64,000 nucleotides of DNA, taken from contig JAHLWS010000021.1 in assembly GCA_019057795.1 (NCBI GenBank), positions 32,001-96,000 on the forward strand, given 5' to 3'. The position numbers and the translations under genes were made by a program. The notes beneath the pieces were generated by a model, which saw nothing but the letters and a program-made list of their open reading frames with translations, had not been told where the DNA came from and searched no databases. Origin of the DNA: Promethearchaeota archaeon. Lineage in GTDB: Archaea; Asgardarchaeota; Lokiarchaeia; Sigyniarchaeales; SOKP01. This document shows positions 9,740 to 21,371 of the stretch, one piece after another (position 1 is the first letter of the stretch; each line of letters starts with the position of its first letter).

Positions 9740-11167
9740 TTGTTCGTTAAAAATTTATCGCAATTATCTCCTAAAAGCTTAGACAAACTTACGTTAGAGT
9801 TAAGAAAAGTAGGACTTGAAGCTTTGGAAATTGCGATTAAATCAGTTGAGCCGAGCAATCTAATCCAGAATAATGTTAAAGTTTTTGATGGTAAATTAAA
9901 TATTCAAAAGGATAAATTCGATCTCAATAAATATAACAATATTTTTATAATTGGAGGTGGAAAAGCTTCTGCTCAAATGAGTTTAGCACTCGAAAAAATT
10001 TTGAAAAAACAACCTAAGATAAAATACGAAGGATTTATCAACATTCCAGAAGGTCAAAAAATAAGAGACTACAGTCCTTCGAGCAAAATAAGGATGAATC
10101 GTGCTTCCCATCCTATTCCAAACGAAAAGGGTTTAACTGGCACGAAGGAAATGGTGAAAATTGTTGAAAATGCCACAAAAAACGATTTAATTATTTGCGT
10201 AATTTCAGGTGGAGGTTCCGCCTTATTGCCTTTGCCTAAACAAGGTATAACTCTCGAGGATTTACAAAAAGTCAATTCGTTATTATTAGCCTCGGGAGCG
10301 TCAATTCACGAAATAAATATTATCCGAAAACATCTATCGGACTTTAAAGGCGGAAATTTAGCAAAAAAAGTACATAATACTAGTAAAGCAACTTTAATAA
10401 CGCTAATTATCTCGGATGTAGTAGGAAATAATTTGGATTCTATTGCCTCTGGGCCTACAGTTCCAGACTTGACAACTTTTAACCAAGCTTATGATGTGTT
10501 AAAAAAGTATAATTTAAGCGATAAGATTCCTTCTTCGATAAAAAAAATAATTGAAAAAGGTTTGAGCGACCTGAGATTAGAAAACCCTAAGGAACACGAT
10601 GTTTGCTTTAATAATATATTCAATTATTTAATCGGAAGCGTCGATTTAGCTGTTGAAGAAGTATCAGCAAATCTGAAAGCTTTTAATTATATCATCGACT
10701 ATTTTACAAATGAAATTGTAGGTGAGGCTGTAGATTTTGGAAAGGATTTACACGAATTAATTTCAAAAAAATTAAAACCATATACCAAAAAACCTGGTAA
10801 ACATAAACTAGCTCTAATTGGCACCGGTGAATTGACAGTTACGATAAAAGGAAAAGGAGTTGGTGGAAGAAACCAAGAAATGTTATTGAGTTTTCTTGAC
10901 AATGTAAAAAATAAGGAAATTGATTACAATTTCTTAATTATCGGAGCCAATTTAGATGGGATTGAGGGGAATAGTAAGGCAATGGGAGCACTTATCGATA
11001 ATGTTTCACTTAATCAAATAAATAACGAAAAAATTAAGACTAAGAGCTATTTAGAAAACAACGACTCCAATAGTTTTTTTAAGCTATTAAAAAGCGAGAT
11101 AATTACAGGCCCTACCGGTATCAATGTTAACGATTTACTTCTTATTTTGATAGAACTTTATGTTTAA
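9740..11167 (+). CDS. glycerate 2-kinase (MOFRL family)
   Basis: GGGKAS, SHPIP, ISGGGSALL, RKHLS..KGG, SDVVG, GGRNQE, TGPTGINVND. Confidence 0.93.
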   Translation: MFVKNLSQLSPKSLDKLTLELRKVGLEALEIAIKSVEPSNLIQNNVKVFDGKLNIQKDKFDLNKYNNIFIIGGGKASAQMSLALEKILKKQPKIKYEGFINIPEGQKIRDYSPSSKIRMNRASHPIPNEKGLTGTKEMVKIVENATKNDLIICVISGGGSALLPLPKQGITLEDLQKVNSLLLASGASIHEINIIRKHLSDFKGGNLAKKVHNTSKATLITLIISDVVGNNLDSIASGPTVPDLTTFNQAYDVLKKYNLSDKIPSSIKKIIEKGLSDLRLENPKEHDVCFNNIFNYLIGSVDLAVEEVSANLKAFNYIIDYFTNEIVGEAVDFGKDLHELISKKLKPYTKKPGKHKLALIGTGELTVTIKGKGVGGRNQEMLLSFLDNVKNKEIDYNFLIIGANLDGIEGNSKAMGALIDNVSLNQINNEKIKTKSYLENNDSNSFFKLLKSEIITGPTGINVNDLLLILIELYV

Positions 11168-11242
11168 CGTTTCGTTTAATATGGTTGCTTCTGGACCTAC
11201 GATGATTCCCTTCTCTACTTTCTTAATTTCATATTTCTCCAA
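11135..11242 (-). pseudogene. 35-codon remnant ORF MEKYEIKKVEKGIIVGPEATILNETLNIKFYQNKK, possibly an internally deleted class I aaRS (ileS-like)
   Basis: TTG start after GGAG. The N-terminus resembles the Y..K.VE..I start of IleRS/ValRS/LeuRS (compare YKPQEIEKKW in this window's leuS). Lies downstream of an Ile-rich uORF. Identity is inference. Confidence 0.35.
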
Positions 11243-11412
11243 AGTTCTCCAAACCTATTGGGGTAAATACTCCGGCAAGAACTCAAAAAGCTCCAGCCCA
11301 GATCGCTCGAAAAGAAAGCGGTTCTAAAGCGGTGCTATCCTCCGTAAAAAAAGTTAAGCGAGTTAAACAGGAAGGTTCGGGTTCGATACCACCAATAGAA
11401 AACTTTCGAGAG
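11237..11412 (-). ncRNA. structured leader RNA (long nested stem)
   Basis: GC-enriched. Minus-strand helices AAAGTT/AACTTT, CTATTGG/CCAATAG, GGTA/TACC, TTCC/GGAG, AACTC/GAGTT, GCTT/GAGC, CGCTT/GAGCG; G-U pairs favour the minus strand. Confidence 0.55.
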
Positions 11413-11484
11413 TTTAAGCTGTGGACTTTAAAAAAATTATTCTATGGAATAAGTACAAGTAAGAAAAAGCGTAAAAATTGTGGG

Positions 11485-11523
11485 TTATATGATGGAAATG
11501 CTTATAATTGCTTCCATGTGCAT
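11485..11523 (-). CDS. candidate Ile-rich leader peptide MHMEAIISISII
   Basis: 5 Ile codons (ATT, ATA, ATT, ATC, ATA) in the last 7; TATA-like TTAATAAA ~26 nt upstream; U-tracts follow. Confidence 0.45.
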   Translation of the reverse strand: MHMEAIISISII

Positions 11524-11587
11524 GATATTTATATAATAAAATTATTACTTTATTAATAGAAGTATTAAATTATAATCCTTTAATTTC

Positions 11588-12897
11588 ATGAAGGAATTTC
11601 AAATTAATAGATTTTTAAAGTTACGGTTAGAGAACGGTAAAACAAGTATTTACATAAAAGATCAATTATTTAGACAGTGTAAATTTTTACTAATTAATAT
11701 TGACCCTAATAATGCTTCTAATTTTGAAGGAGTAACTTCTATAGACGAAGCAGAAGAAATATTAGATGCAACTTCTATAGACAAAGCAGAAAAAATATTA
11801 GATCAATCATTAGAAGAAAAAGGATTAGAAGAATATGAAATACGGCCAGAAGAGGAGTTTTGGGCACATTGTTCTAACTTGGATGCGTGGGCAAAGCATA
11901 AATACGATACGCGATTGCTACATAGAACTCTGGCGTTTCCTCTTTTAAAGGTATTAACTGAAGCAGGAGATCAAATAGCAAAAGCAGTATTTAAAGAAGA
12001 AATTATAAAGAGATTCGAAGGCGGTCATCCAAAGGTTGTTCGCTATCTAATTAGAGAAGGTTACATAAATGAATATGCCAAAAATGAACTAATAGAAGCT
12101 TTCTTGGAAAGTGAGGATGTATCTAATCTAAAAAACTGCAAACTCTTTGTAAAACGGATATGAAAATCGCGGAAGAGTTTGACCTTTTTATGCAACCCGA
12201 CATTCCACAATATTCACTTGAATTTGATAAAAAAAAGCTTTCTGGATTGAATTTAAGATTAAATAACTTAAAGCAGTTTCCGCAAGAAACAACACAATTC
12301 GTCTCTCTTAAAAAACTTTTCTTAGATGATAACATGTTACGATCCATTCCAAATGAGATTTGGCAATTAAAGAATCTACGAGAATTGAGTTTATCAGGTA
12401 ATTTACTAGAAGTGCTTCCTTCTGAGATTAGTTCCCTAAAATCTCTTGAATCTCTCTCTTTGGACGTTAATAAATTTAAAATATTTCCAGAGGCCATAAT
12501 GGAATTAAATAATCTTAAATATTTAGGTTTAGGAATGAATCAAATCCGTGATATTCCTGAATCAATCGAAAACTTAAGAAATTTAAAAATTTTAGCATTA
12601 AATCGTAATCGTATCTCTAGATTGCCTGAGACTTTTGGGAAATTAAAATCTCTTGAGTTTTTAAGCTTGGATAACAATAAAATAGGTTATATCCCCGAAT
12701 CACTTGGTAAATTAAATTCCTTAAAAGAACTTGAGGTTCGATCTAACAATTTGGCTTCTCTTCCAGAATTTTTATTTAAACTCAAGTACTTTAAAAAGTT
12801 AGATATATCAGACAATAATATTTATCATATCCCAAACCTAAAAAAAAAGATTAATTCTTTAGAAGTGTTTAATTATGATAAAAAAAAATTAAGTTGA
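11588..12897 (+). CDS. Lokiarchaeal leucine-rich-repeat protein with Loki-type N-terminal domain; two ORFs (11588-12163, 12160-12897), probably one gene frameshifted at A6 12130-12135
   Basis: N-domain EEFWAHCSNL.AW...YDTRLLHR.LAFPLLK; about 8 LxxLxLxxNxLxxLP repeats; one extra A gives LKKLQTLCKTDMKI. Confidence 0.8.
11734..11803 (+). repeat. 36-bp in-frame tandem duplication (TSIDEAEEILDA / TSIDKAEKILDQ)
   Basis: aacttctatagac(g/a)aagcagaa(g/a)aaatattagat occurs twice. Confidence 0.9.
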
Positions 12898-12903
12898 ATT
12901 ACC

Positions 12904-13068
12904 ATACCTAAAATTGAAGACTCAGTAATAACATGCCCAGTTTGCGGATTTACTTTTAGAAACCGCGATCCCTTCGCAAAAAATAGGGATATAATTTGCC
13001 CAATGTGTGGATTTAAGTTTAAGGAACCAAGTTTTTTCCCTAAAAGAATAAACGGGTTTTCAGTTTAA
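12904..13068 (+). CDS. small zinc-ribbon protein (54 aa), not in the ORF track, non-canonical ATA start
   Basis: IPKIEDSVITCPVCGFTFRNRDPFAKNRDIICPMCGFKFKEPSFFPKRINGFSV; two CPxCG motifs. Confidence 0.7.
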   Translation: MPKIEDSVITCPVCGFTFRNRDPFAKNRDIICPMCGFKFKEPSFFPKRINGFSV

Positions 13069-13226
13069 CGCATTAAATGACTTTTTATTAAATTCATGTT
13101 TTAGTTAAAAAATCTTTTTTAACTATCGTGAGAATATTTATTCTATAAAAATATATTAATTATTATTCCATAGATATTTATGGAACTATAATATTAACAG
13201 AAATGTAAAAATTGTGGTAATCTAAC

Positions 13227-15392
<2,166 letters not shown>

Positions 15393-15550
15393 TCATTAAA
15401 ACTAAAATTATTTTTTTTTATATTTATATTTTTAAATTATCATAATCATTTAATAAACTAGAAAAAACTTCTATATTTAAGACTAATAGATTATGTATTG
15501 ATTTTGTACAGAATAAAATTTATAAATTTTAAAATTTAGAGATAAAACAC

Positions 15551-17221
15551 ATGTCGGTCAATAAACAATTTAACTTAGATTGGATGTTTGAATGTCCTGA
15601 TGCTGTTTTAACTTGTTCGACCCTTGAATGTGGAGACGACACGTATTTAGTATTTGGAGGCCATGATAAGACTCTATACTTAATGAACGAAGAATTAAAC
15701 ATCCTCGATAGTATTATGTTTGATGGGTGGGTAAGAACTACTTTCCCTATAGATATTACTAAAGACGGATGCCAAGAAGTATTAGTAGGAGCAGGAGACG
15801 GTAATTTTTTAGTAGTAAAATTCGTAAAGGGGATAAATAAGCTAGCAGGGATTATGAATTATAAATCTAAGGGTAAAGTATTATGTGTCACGGCGGGTGA
15901 TTTCACTAGAGATGGAAATATTGAATTGATTCACGGTAGCGAAGATAAAACTTTAAAGATATTCGAAAACATTGATTCCACTGAACCTAAGTATGTATTT
16001 TATTACGACTCGTGGGTAACTGCTTGCGTATTAGGATATTTAAAACTGTTAAATGTGAATAAACCTATTTACGGATTATTAATTGGTACTAAAAACGGTA
16101 TGCTTCAATTAATCCAGTTTAAAGAAGGCAAACCAGATATTATTTGGCAAAAAGACTTAGGCTCTCAAATTAATACAATTGAAGTGGGCGATGTAAAAAA
16201 TGACGGTTTCAACGAAATAGTAGTAGGTACAGACGCATCTCAATTAATAATATTTAATAGCGAAGGCGATGAGTTAAAGTCTATAACTCTTGAAGAAGGG
16301 CGACCTATATCTTTAAAATTAGTTGATATTGACGGTGATAACGCAAAAGAAATTATTGTAGGATGTGCAGATGGCACTCTTCGAATATATCACAACACAA
16401 ATCTAAATTCAATAGATCTAGAGCTGAAATGGAAAGCTTCAGCAGAAAACTCAATAAAAATCGTATCTACTATGAAGGATCCTAAAGAAGATTTAACGCG
16501 CATTATAGTTGGAGGATACGATCGAAGTATTAGGTGCATCTGCGATCTCGAATGGGGCAAAAAACCACCACTTGAAATTCCAAACAACATTGTAGAAACT
16601 CAACCGACAGAAGCGGAAGCAAAAGTGGAAAAAACTATCAAATTTGAGACAATTCCGACAAACATCAGAGAATACATTTTCAAATATTTAATAGATAATA
16701 AGATTATATTAAGTATTGCAAATGAATTAGAGAAAAAAGGATATCTCACTGATAGCGTTGTCGAAGAATTCCAACGTATGATCTCAGAAAAATCTGATTC
16801 TTACGAAAAAATTACATATTCAGTTTGGACACTACCAGAGGATAAGATAGGTTTAGGCGTTGCGGTCGGAACTCCCGCCAAAAAAGGTAAGAAATTAAAA
16901 CCTGTAGTGATAGAGCAAGAGATACCCTCACAAAAAGGAGGAGCGCTAATCGACGCGTTAAAAAAAGAGCCTCAAAAAACAAAGGGAAAAGGAAAGAAGG
17001 TTCCAAAAGAGACTATAACGGAAGTGAATATAAGAACAATAATTATTACACATTTAGAAAAACAGAAATTAATTCGGTCAAAAACAAAACTGGTCGACGA
17101 TTTGGTCATTTTAGGATACGAGAGAGCAGTAGTGGAAAAACAAATCGATAAATTAAGGATGGAAGGCGTTCTTGTGTACTCGCGTTCAGAACCTAAAGGT
17201 TGGAGTTTAGGTGCCGTTTAA
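15551..17221 (+). CDS. FG-GAP/WD-like beta-propeller (BBS2/ITFG2/KPTN-like) with C-terminal winged-helix domain(s)
   Basis: DITKDGCQEVLVG, DFTRDGNIELIHG, DVKNDGFNEIVVG, DIDGDNAKEIIVG; GGHDKTL and GGYDRSI blades; C-terminal ..IDKLRMEGVLVY....GWSL. Confidence 0.75.
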   Translation: MSVNKQFNLDWMFECPDAVLTCSTLECGDDTYLVFGGHDKTLYLMNEELNILDSIMFDGWVRTTFPIDITKDGCQEVLVGAGDGNFLVVKFVKGINKLAGIMNYKSKGKVLCVTAGDFTRDGNIELIHGSEDKTLKIFENIDSTEPKYVFYYDSWVTACVLGYLKLLNVNKPIYGLLIGTKNGMLQLIQFKEGKPDIIWQKDLGSQINTIEVGDVKNDGFNEIVVGTDASQLIIFNSEGDELKSITLEEGRPISLKLVDIDGDNAKEIIVGCADGTLRIYHNTNLNSIDLELKWKASAENSIKIVSTMKDPKEDLTRIIVGGYDRSIRCICDLEWGKKPPLEIPNNIVETQPTEAEAKVEKTIKFETIPTNIREYIFKYLIDNKIILSIANELEKKGYLTDSVVEEFQRMISEKSDSYEKITYSVWTLPEDKIGLGVAVGTPAKKGKKLKPVVIEQEIPSQKGGALIDALKKEPQKTKGKGKKVPKETITEVNIRTIIITHLEKQKLIRSKTKLVDDLVILGYERAVVEKQIDKLRMEGVLVYSRSEPKGWSLGAV

Positions 17222-17228
17222 ATTCGTA

Positions 17229-17666
17229 TTATGTATATGGAAACTCTTTGATTTCGTTTTGGAAAGGTGCAAATTGATTCAATTCTGAAAAGTCTTTATT
17301 GTTATATCTAGAAACAAAGAGTAGTGAAATAGGTTCGATTTTTTGTAGAAATTTCTTAACAAACTTATCCGTATCTTTTTTCTTTTTATCTATTAAACAA
17401 TACAAAATGATAGGCTCTTTCTCATCAGAATCTGAAGGTAATATGTCAAATGCTTTGAAGATAAATAAAATATTATTAGACTCTAAATATTCTAAACTTA
17501 AGTTGTTAAACGCATTCTTAACAAATATATTAATCGCCGATATAAAAGCTCCCCTTAAATCTTTATTAGGATTCTTAAGATTATCTTTTTTTTCAATGTT
17601 TTTAAACACATGGCTAACTAAAACAAAACCTCGGAATACAATTCCGATTTCATACAGTTCTTTCAT
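17229..17666 (-). CDS. longin-like domain protein
   Basis: beta-beta, helix DLRGAFISAINIFVKNAF, beta x3, helix, then FAPFQNEI: the Asgard longin pattern. Confidence 0.7.
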   Translation of the reverse strand: MKELYEIGIVFRGFVLVSHVFKNIEKKDNLKNPNKDLRGAFISAINIFVKNAFNNLSLEYLESNNILFIFKAFDILPSDSDEKEPIILYCLIDKKKKDTDKFVKKFLQKIEPISLLFVSRYNNKDFSELNQFAPFQNEIKEFPYT

Positions 17667-17775
17667 ATTATAACTTATTTATTTGAAGTTAAAACTCTAT
17701 AAACTATAAACTTAATAATAATATTCATATTTATTATTACACAAAAAAATCACTTAAATCACTTAGGTTACGCAA

Positions 17776-17973
17776 TTGAAAAAAGCATGTAAATGGTATC
17801 AATGTTGCCCGATTAAATATTTTGTAGATCACGGAATGCTTGAAAAAGAATGGGTTGAAGATTACTGTTTAATAGGAAATAAGAAGTGTATTAGATATCA
17901 GAAAGAAGAGAGTGGGGAATTCCACCCCGATAATTTACTTCCTAATGGAGAGATTCGACAAGAATTAAAATAA
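17776..17973 (+). CDS. small Cys-rich hypothetical protein
   Basis: CKWYQCCP..W...YC..N..CIRY...HPDNLLPNG. Confidence 0.7.
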   Translation: MKKACKWYQCCPIKYFVDHGMLEKEWVEDYCLIGNKKCIRYQKEESGEFHPDNLLPNGEIRQELK

Positions 17974-18654
17974 ATAACTATTACCAACACATATATCATT
18001 AAATTGGTCAGAAAATCTTTGCTTTATTTCCCTAATTCTTTGCGTACAGTGGCAAGCTCCTATGAATTCAACTCCTTCTAGAAAAGAAAAATTCCGAAAT
18101 CCATGGAATCCCCCTATAACGGCTTTAATTTTATTCGATATCGTTTGACCCTTTAAAATAAATGCTTCTAAACCCGGATGAGCGCAACCTGAGATTATTA
18201 TTAAATCGTTTTTTTCTGTTTTTAAAAATAAAGATTGCTCCGTTAATCTACCTCCAAATTGACCAGATGAAAAAATATTCTTGTCAACCTCAATCATCTC
18301 AGAGATACCTTGAACTTGAGCTTCGGGGTAAGTCCTTATAAAAGATTTTATATCGTGGAGTGGCACATAAATTTCAATATCATGATTTATTTGATAAATT
18401 TCTTTTAGACTCCCTGTGTGGTCGAAATGGTTATGTGAAATTATAACTTTTTTTATTTCTGAAACTTTAACATTAAACTTGTTTATGTTGTGAATTAGAA
18501 TATCCCCCTTGCTTCCTGTATCAAACAATAAGTGGGTTTTTGAGAGGTTATTATAAATTAAGGTTGAGAAACCAAAATCTGTTAAAAAACCCGGTTGTGC
18601 AGCACAGATGTCGTCATAAACAATTTTAATTTCAAAGGAAAAGTCAGATTTCAT
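17965..18654 (-). CDS. MBL-fold metallo-hydrolase (COG1237-like)
   Basis: LFDTG, SHNHFDHTG, SGCAHPG, IGGFH, CHCT. Confidence 0.9.
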   Translation of the reverse strand: MKSDFSFEIKIVYDDICAAQPGFLTDFGFSTLIYNNLSKTHLLFDTGSKGDILIHNINKFNVKVSEIKKVIISHNHFDHTGSLKEIYQINHDIEIYVPLHDIKSFIRTYPEAQVQGISEMIEVDKNIFSSGQFGGRLTEQSLFLKTEKNDLIIISGCAHPGLEAFILKGQTISNKIKAVIGGFHGFRNFSFLEGVEFIGACHCTQRIREIKQRFSDQFNDICVGNSYLF

Positions 18655-18904
18655 ACTTTTAAAAAGACTTTACCCATTATTAACTATTAGTTTTTGGATA
18701 AATATCTTATTGTGATTTTTTCCTTAAAATAATAGCTTCTTCAGGATATAGTTATTGAACTATATCTAATCCTTTCATCGGTTTTCGAGATCGCAGAGGA
18801 ACTCGTTTGAAAATTATGGTTAAATCAAGTTTAAAAAGAAGCAAACAATATTATAAAACATTACTTTAACTATTGAAAAAAAAATGTAAAATTGCTCGAA
18901 GCGA

Positions 18905-19339
18905 GTGAAAATGACGCCATTTTGTCCAAATCCGGAGTGTGAAGCTGAAATTGAAGAAAATTGGAATAGATGTCCGGAGTGTGAATGTGATTTAAATCTT
19001 AATGGTCAACAGTTAGATGAAAAATCTCAACAATCAGATGAAAATACTCAATATACTCTATTACCCCCGAAAACCTCTCAACTTCCAACATACACATACA
19101 AACCGCCACCTAAAAGTTCTAATGGATTTGGCACTCTTTCATTGATATTAGCGATAATAGGATGCTTCTGTTTTGCGTATGTCTTTGGCCCTATTGCTAT
19201 GATTCTAGGAGGTATTGGGATAAGTAAGGATGACAGCCCAAGCAGGGCTAAAGCGGGGTTAGTATTCGGGATTTTTGTTTTATGCTTTGGTATTATTTCT
19301 TTGATTTTCTCTATTCCGTTTTTAATATTTTCTTTTTAA
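18905..19339 (+). CDS. zinc-ribbon + DUF4190-like membrane protein
   Basis: CPNPEC...CPEC, Pro-rich linker, SNGFGTLSLILAIIG...AKAGLVFG TM hairpin. Confidence 0.75.
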   Translation: MKMTPFCPNPECEAEIEENWNRCPECECDLNLNGQQLDEKSQQSDENTQYTLLPPKTSQLPTYTYKPPPKSSNGFGTLSLILAIIGCFCFAYVFGPIAMILGGIGISKDDSPSRAKAGLVFGIFVLCFGIISLIFSIPFLIFSF

Positions 19340-19375
19340 TTAAGTGTGATATTCTTTTTGGGAATATTCCTTTTG

Positions 19376-19398
19376 AGAAAATCTCAGCGAGATTTTCT
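19376..19398. terminator. perfect 10-bp hairpin between convergent genes
   Basis: AGAAAATCTC-AGC-GAGATTTTCT. Confidence 0.5.
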
Positions 19399-19410
19399 GG
19401 AGATATCCTC

Positions 19411-20217
19411 TTAGATACGATGTTTCCTTAAAGTAATTGCTTCTTCAGGACATTTAGAAACGCAAACTCCACAACCAAAGCATAAATCGGGGGAAAATGT
19501 TAATTTTTCGTTAAGGAGTTTTCGTGCGCCAAAGTAACACCATTGTTCGCATGATCCACAATTATTGCACTTGTTTGGGTCGCTATAGGCTATAAAATCG
19601 CTTTTAATCATTTGAGGTGAGCCACTTTTTAAGAACTTATTCATAACTACACAGCAACACGGACAACAATTGCATACCACATAATAAAATTCGGGATTAG
19701 GGAAATATATAATTTGGTGGACAAGTCCTCTCTGATCGCATTCTTCTAGAAGCTGTTTGATTTCTTCCTTTGTAACTTTTTCCAAATTTTCGGATTTATA
19801 GGGAATCTCGTGTAAAGAATTTCCAAACCCGATATGGATACAAGTTTTAATAGGATGGTCGCAATTAGGCAAATCTGAATGTTTTCGTTGCGTTTCTCTA
19901 CAGTAACAATTTCCTATTCCAACAACATTAGATCTACTTAAAAGCTCTAAAATTTCTTGAGAAGGAAGAAACTTAGTGCCAACCTCAAAGTTTACATTCA
20001 ATGGAACGACCTTTCCGCCCCATCTTTTCTTAAAGACATACCTATTTACTATATTGATGGTGCTAACGTTAAACTTATTATCGAGAAATCTGAAAATTTC
20101 TAATATTAACAACTCAAAAAGTCCAAAAATTGACGATAGAATTTTGCCTATTAATGGTACCCTCTTTAAGAGCCTATCAAATTTCGCATGAAATAACCGA
20201 TAAGGAAAGACTGTCAT
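19411..20217 (-). CDS. 4Fe-4S dicluster protein
   Basis: CYCR, CNCCPCCC, CNNCGSCEQWC, CFGCGVCVSKCP. Confidence 0.85.
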   Translation of the reverse strand: MTVFPYRLFHAKFDRLLKRVPLIGKILSSIFGLFELLILEIFRFLDNKFNVSTINIVNRYVFKKRWGGKVVPLNVNFEVGTKFLPSQEILELLSRSNVVGIGNCYCRETQRKHSDLPNCDHPIKTCIHIGFGNSLHEIPYKSENLEKVTKEEIKQLLEECDQRGLVHQIIYFPNPEFYYVVCNCCPCCCVVMNKFLKSGSPQMIKSDFIAYSDPNKCNNCGSCEQWCYFGARKLLNEKLTFSPDLCFGCGVCVSKCPEEAITLRKHRI

Positions 20218-20319
20218 GAAAGCAAATAAAAACTATTTTTAATCAATTCAATTATTATTCATTAAAGATTTATATTTATCATTATTTAAATGATATTATC
20301 AATAATTGAGTGATACATT

Positions 20320-20835
20320 ATGAAAGATAAAGATAAGAAAGATGAGATTTTAAATAAAGCATTTGAGTTGGGGAAAAAGTACGAGCAAGAATGTACTGGG
20401 TGCGCTCAAACGGCTGTTGCGGCGATTTTTGAATCGTTAGGTATCTGGAACGAAGATGTTTTTAGAGCTGCTAGCGGTTTAGCCGATGGTTTGGGGTTAA
20501 CAGGCAATGGTTCTTGTGGAGCGCTTGTTGGATCTTCTATGGTAATAGGGTATCTCTTCGGAAGGAGTCGGGAAGATTTTAAAGATATGTATAAACCCAT
20601 GAAATCTTACACGCTTGTTAAAAAGTTACACGATAAATATGTTAAGCAATACGGTTCTTGTCGTTGTTTCGATGTTCAAGAAAAAACGATGGGTAGGACA
20701 TTCAATTTATGGAATGCTGACGAAATGAAAGAAGCGTTTAAGGCGGGTATGATGGATAATTGCTCTACTATCGTTGGAAATGTAGCTAAGCTTGCTACAA
20801 AAATCATATTAAATGGTGGATTTAAACCTAAATAA
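20320..20835 (+). CDS. C_GCAxxG_C_C family redox protein
   Basis: GCAQT...GSCGALVG...GSCRC...C. Confidence 0.85.
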   Translation: MKDKDKKDEILNKAFELGKKYEQECTGCAQTAVAAIFESLGIWNEDVFRAASGLADGLGLTGNGSCGALVGSSMVIGYLFGRSREDFKDMYKPMKSYTLVKKLHDKYVKQYGSCRCFDVQEKTMGRTFNLWNADEMKEAFKAGMMDNCSTIVGNVAKLATKIILNGGFKPK

Positions 20836-21370
20836 TAAATTGGAGTGTTTTATGTTGACTGAGAAAGATTATAAACTTTTGTTTGATGAAAAAATTAAAG
20901 AATTAGAACAATCACTACCTAAAATGAAAGAAGGCGTGAATTGTGCTGAATTAACTTTAACAAATATTTTGGACATTTTGGGTCTCCACAATGGCGTATA
21001 TAATAACATGATGATTCCTTTAGCGGGTGGACTTGGCGGTTACAAGTCTCAGAAAGGATGGATGGGCGCTTGTGGGGCTGTGGCTGGGGGTTGTGCGGCG
21101 ATTGGAGTGATTTTAGGCGGTAAGGAAAGGATGGATAACGCTCTAATTCCTATAGCATACCTCAAAGCGGCAAAATTCGCGTCGGAATTTGAAAACGAGT
21201 TTGGTTCTGTTGTTTGTTCAGATTTATGCGGCGTAAGTTTCAGCGATCCCAATGGATACATCGAGTACAGACAAAACAATATCTGGTCAAAAACTTGCTG
21301 TAGATTTATATATTGGGCGATTGATGAAGTGAGAAAGCTAACGCGCAAACAATTGAAAAAGAATTGGTGA
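20813..21370 (+). CDS. C_GCAxxG_C_C family redox protein (likely start at the MLTEK Met, ~20852)
   Basis: NCAE...GACGAVAG...FGSVVCSDL...C. Confidence 0.85.
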   Translation: MVDLNLNNKLECFMLTEKDYKLLFDEKIKELEQSLPKMKEGVNCAELTLTNILDILGLHNGVYNNMMIPLAGGLGGYKSQKGWMGACGAVAGGCAAIGVILGGKERMDNALIPIAYLKAAKFASEFENEFGSVVCSDLCGVSFSDPNGYIEYRQNNIWSKTCCRFIYWAIDEVRKLTRKQLKKNW

Positions 21371-21371
21371 A

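Noticed and set aside
11380-11400. T-box-like GGTGGTATCG on the minus strand of the structured leader (and TGGT in the leuS leader)
   Set aside because: It mismatches the UGGNACC bulge, no Stem I or specifier loop is recognisable, and T-boxes are not established in archaea. The uORF model explains the loci better.
11237-11412. SRP RNA or RNase P RNA
   Set aside because: No helix-8 GNRA/CAGG-AGCA arrangement and no complete set of RNase P conserved regions on either strand.
11332-11556. 74-aa plus-strand ORF
   Set aside because: No motifs; antisense to the structured leader and the uORF.
18745-18766. 9-bp palindrome GATATAGTT-ATTG-AACTATATC in a divergent intergenic region
   Set aside because: A single AT-rich occurrence; possibly an operator but unsupported.
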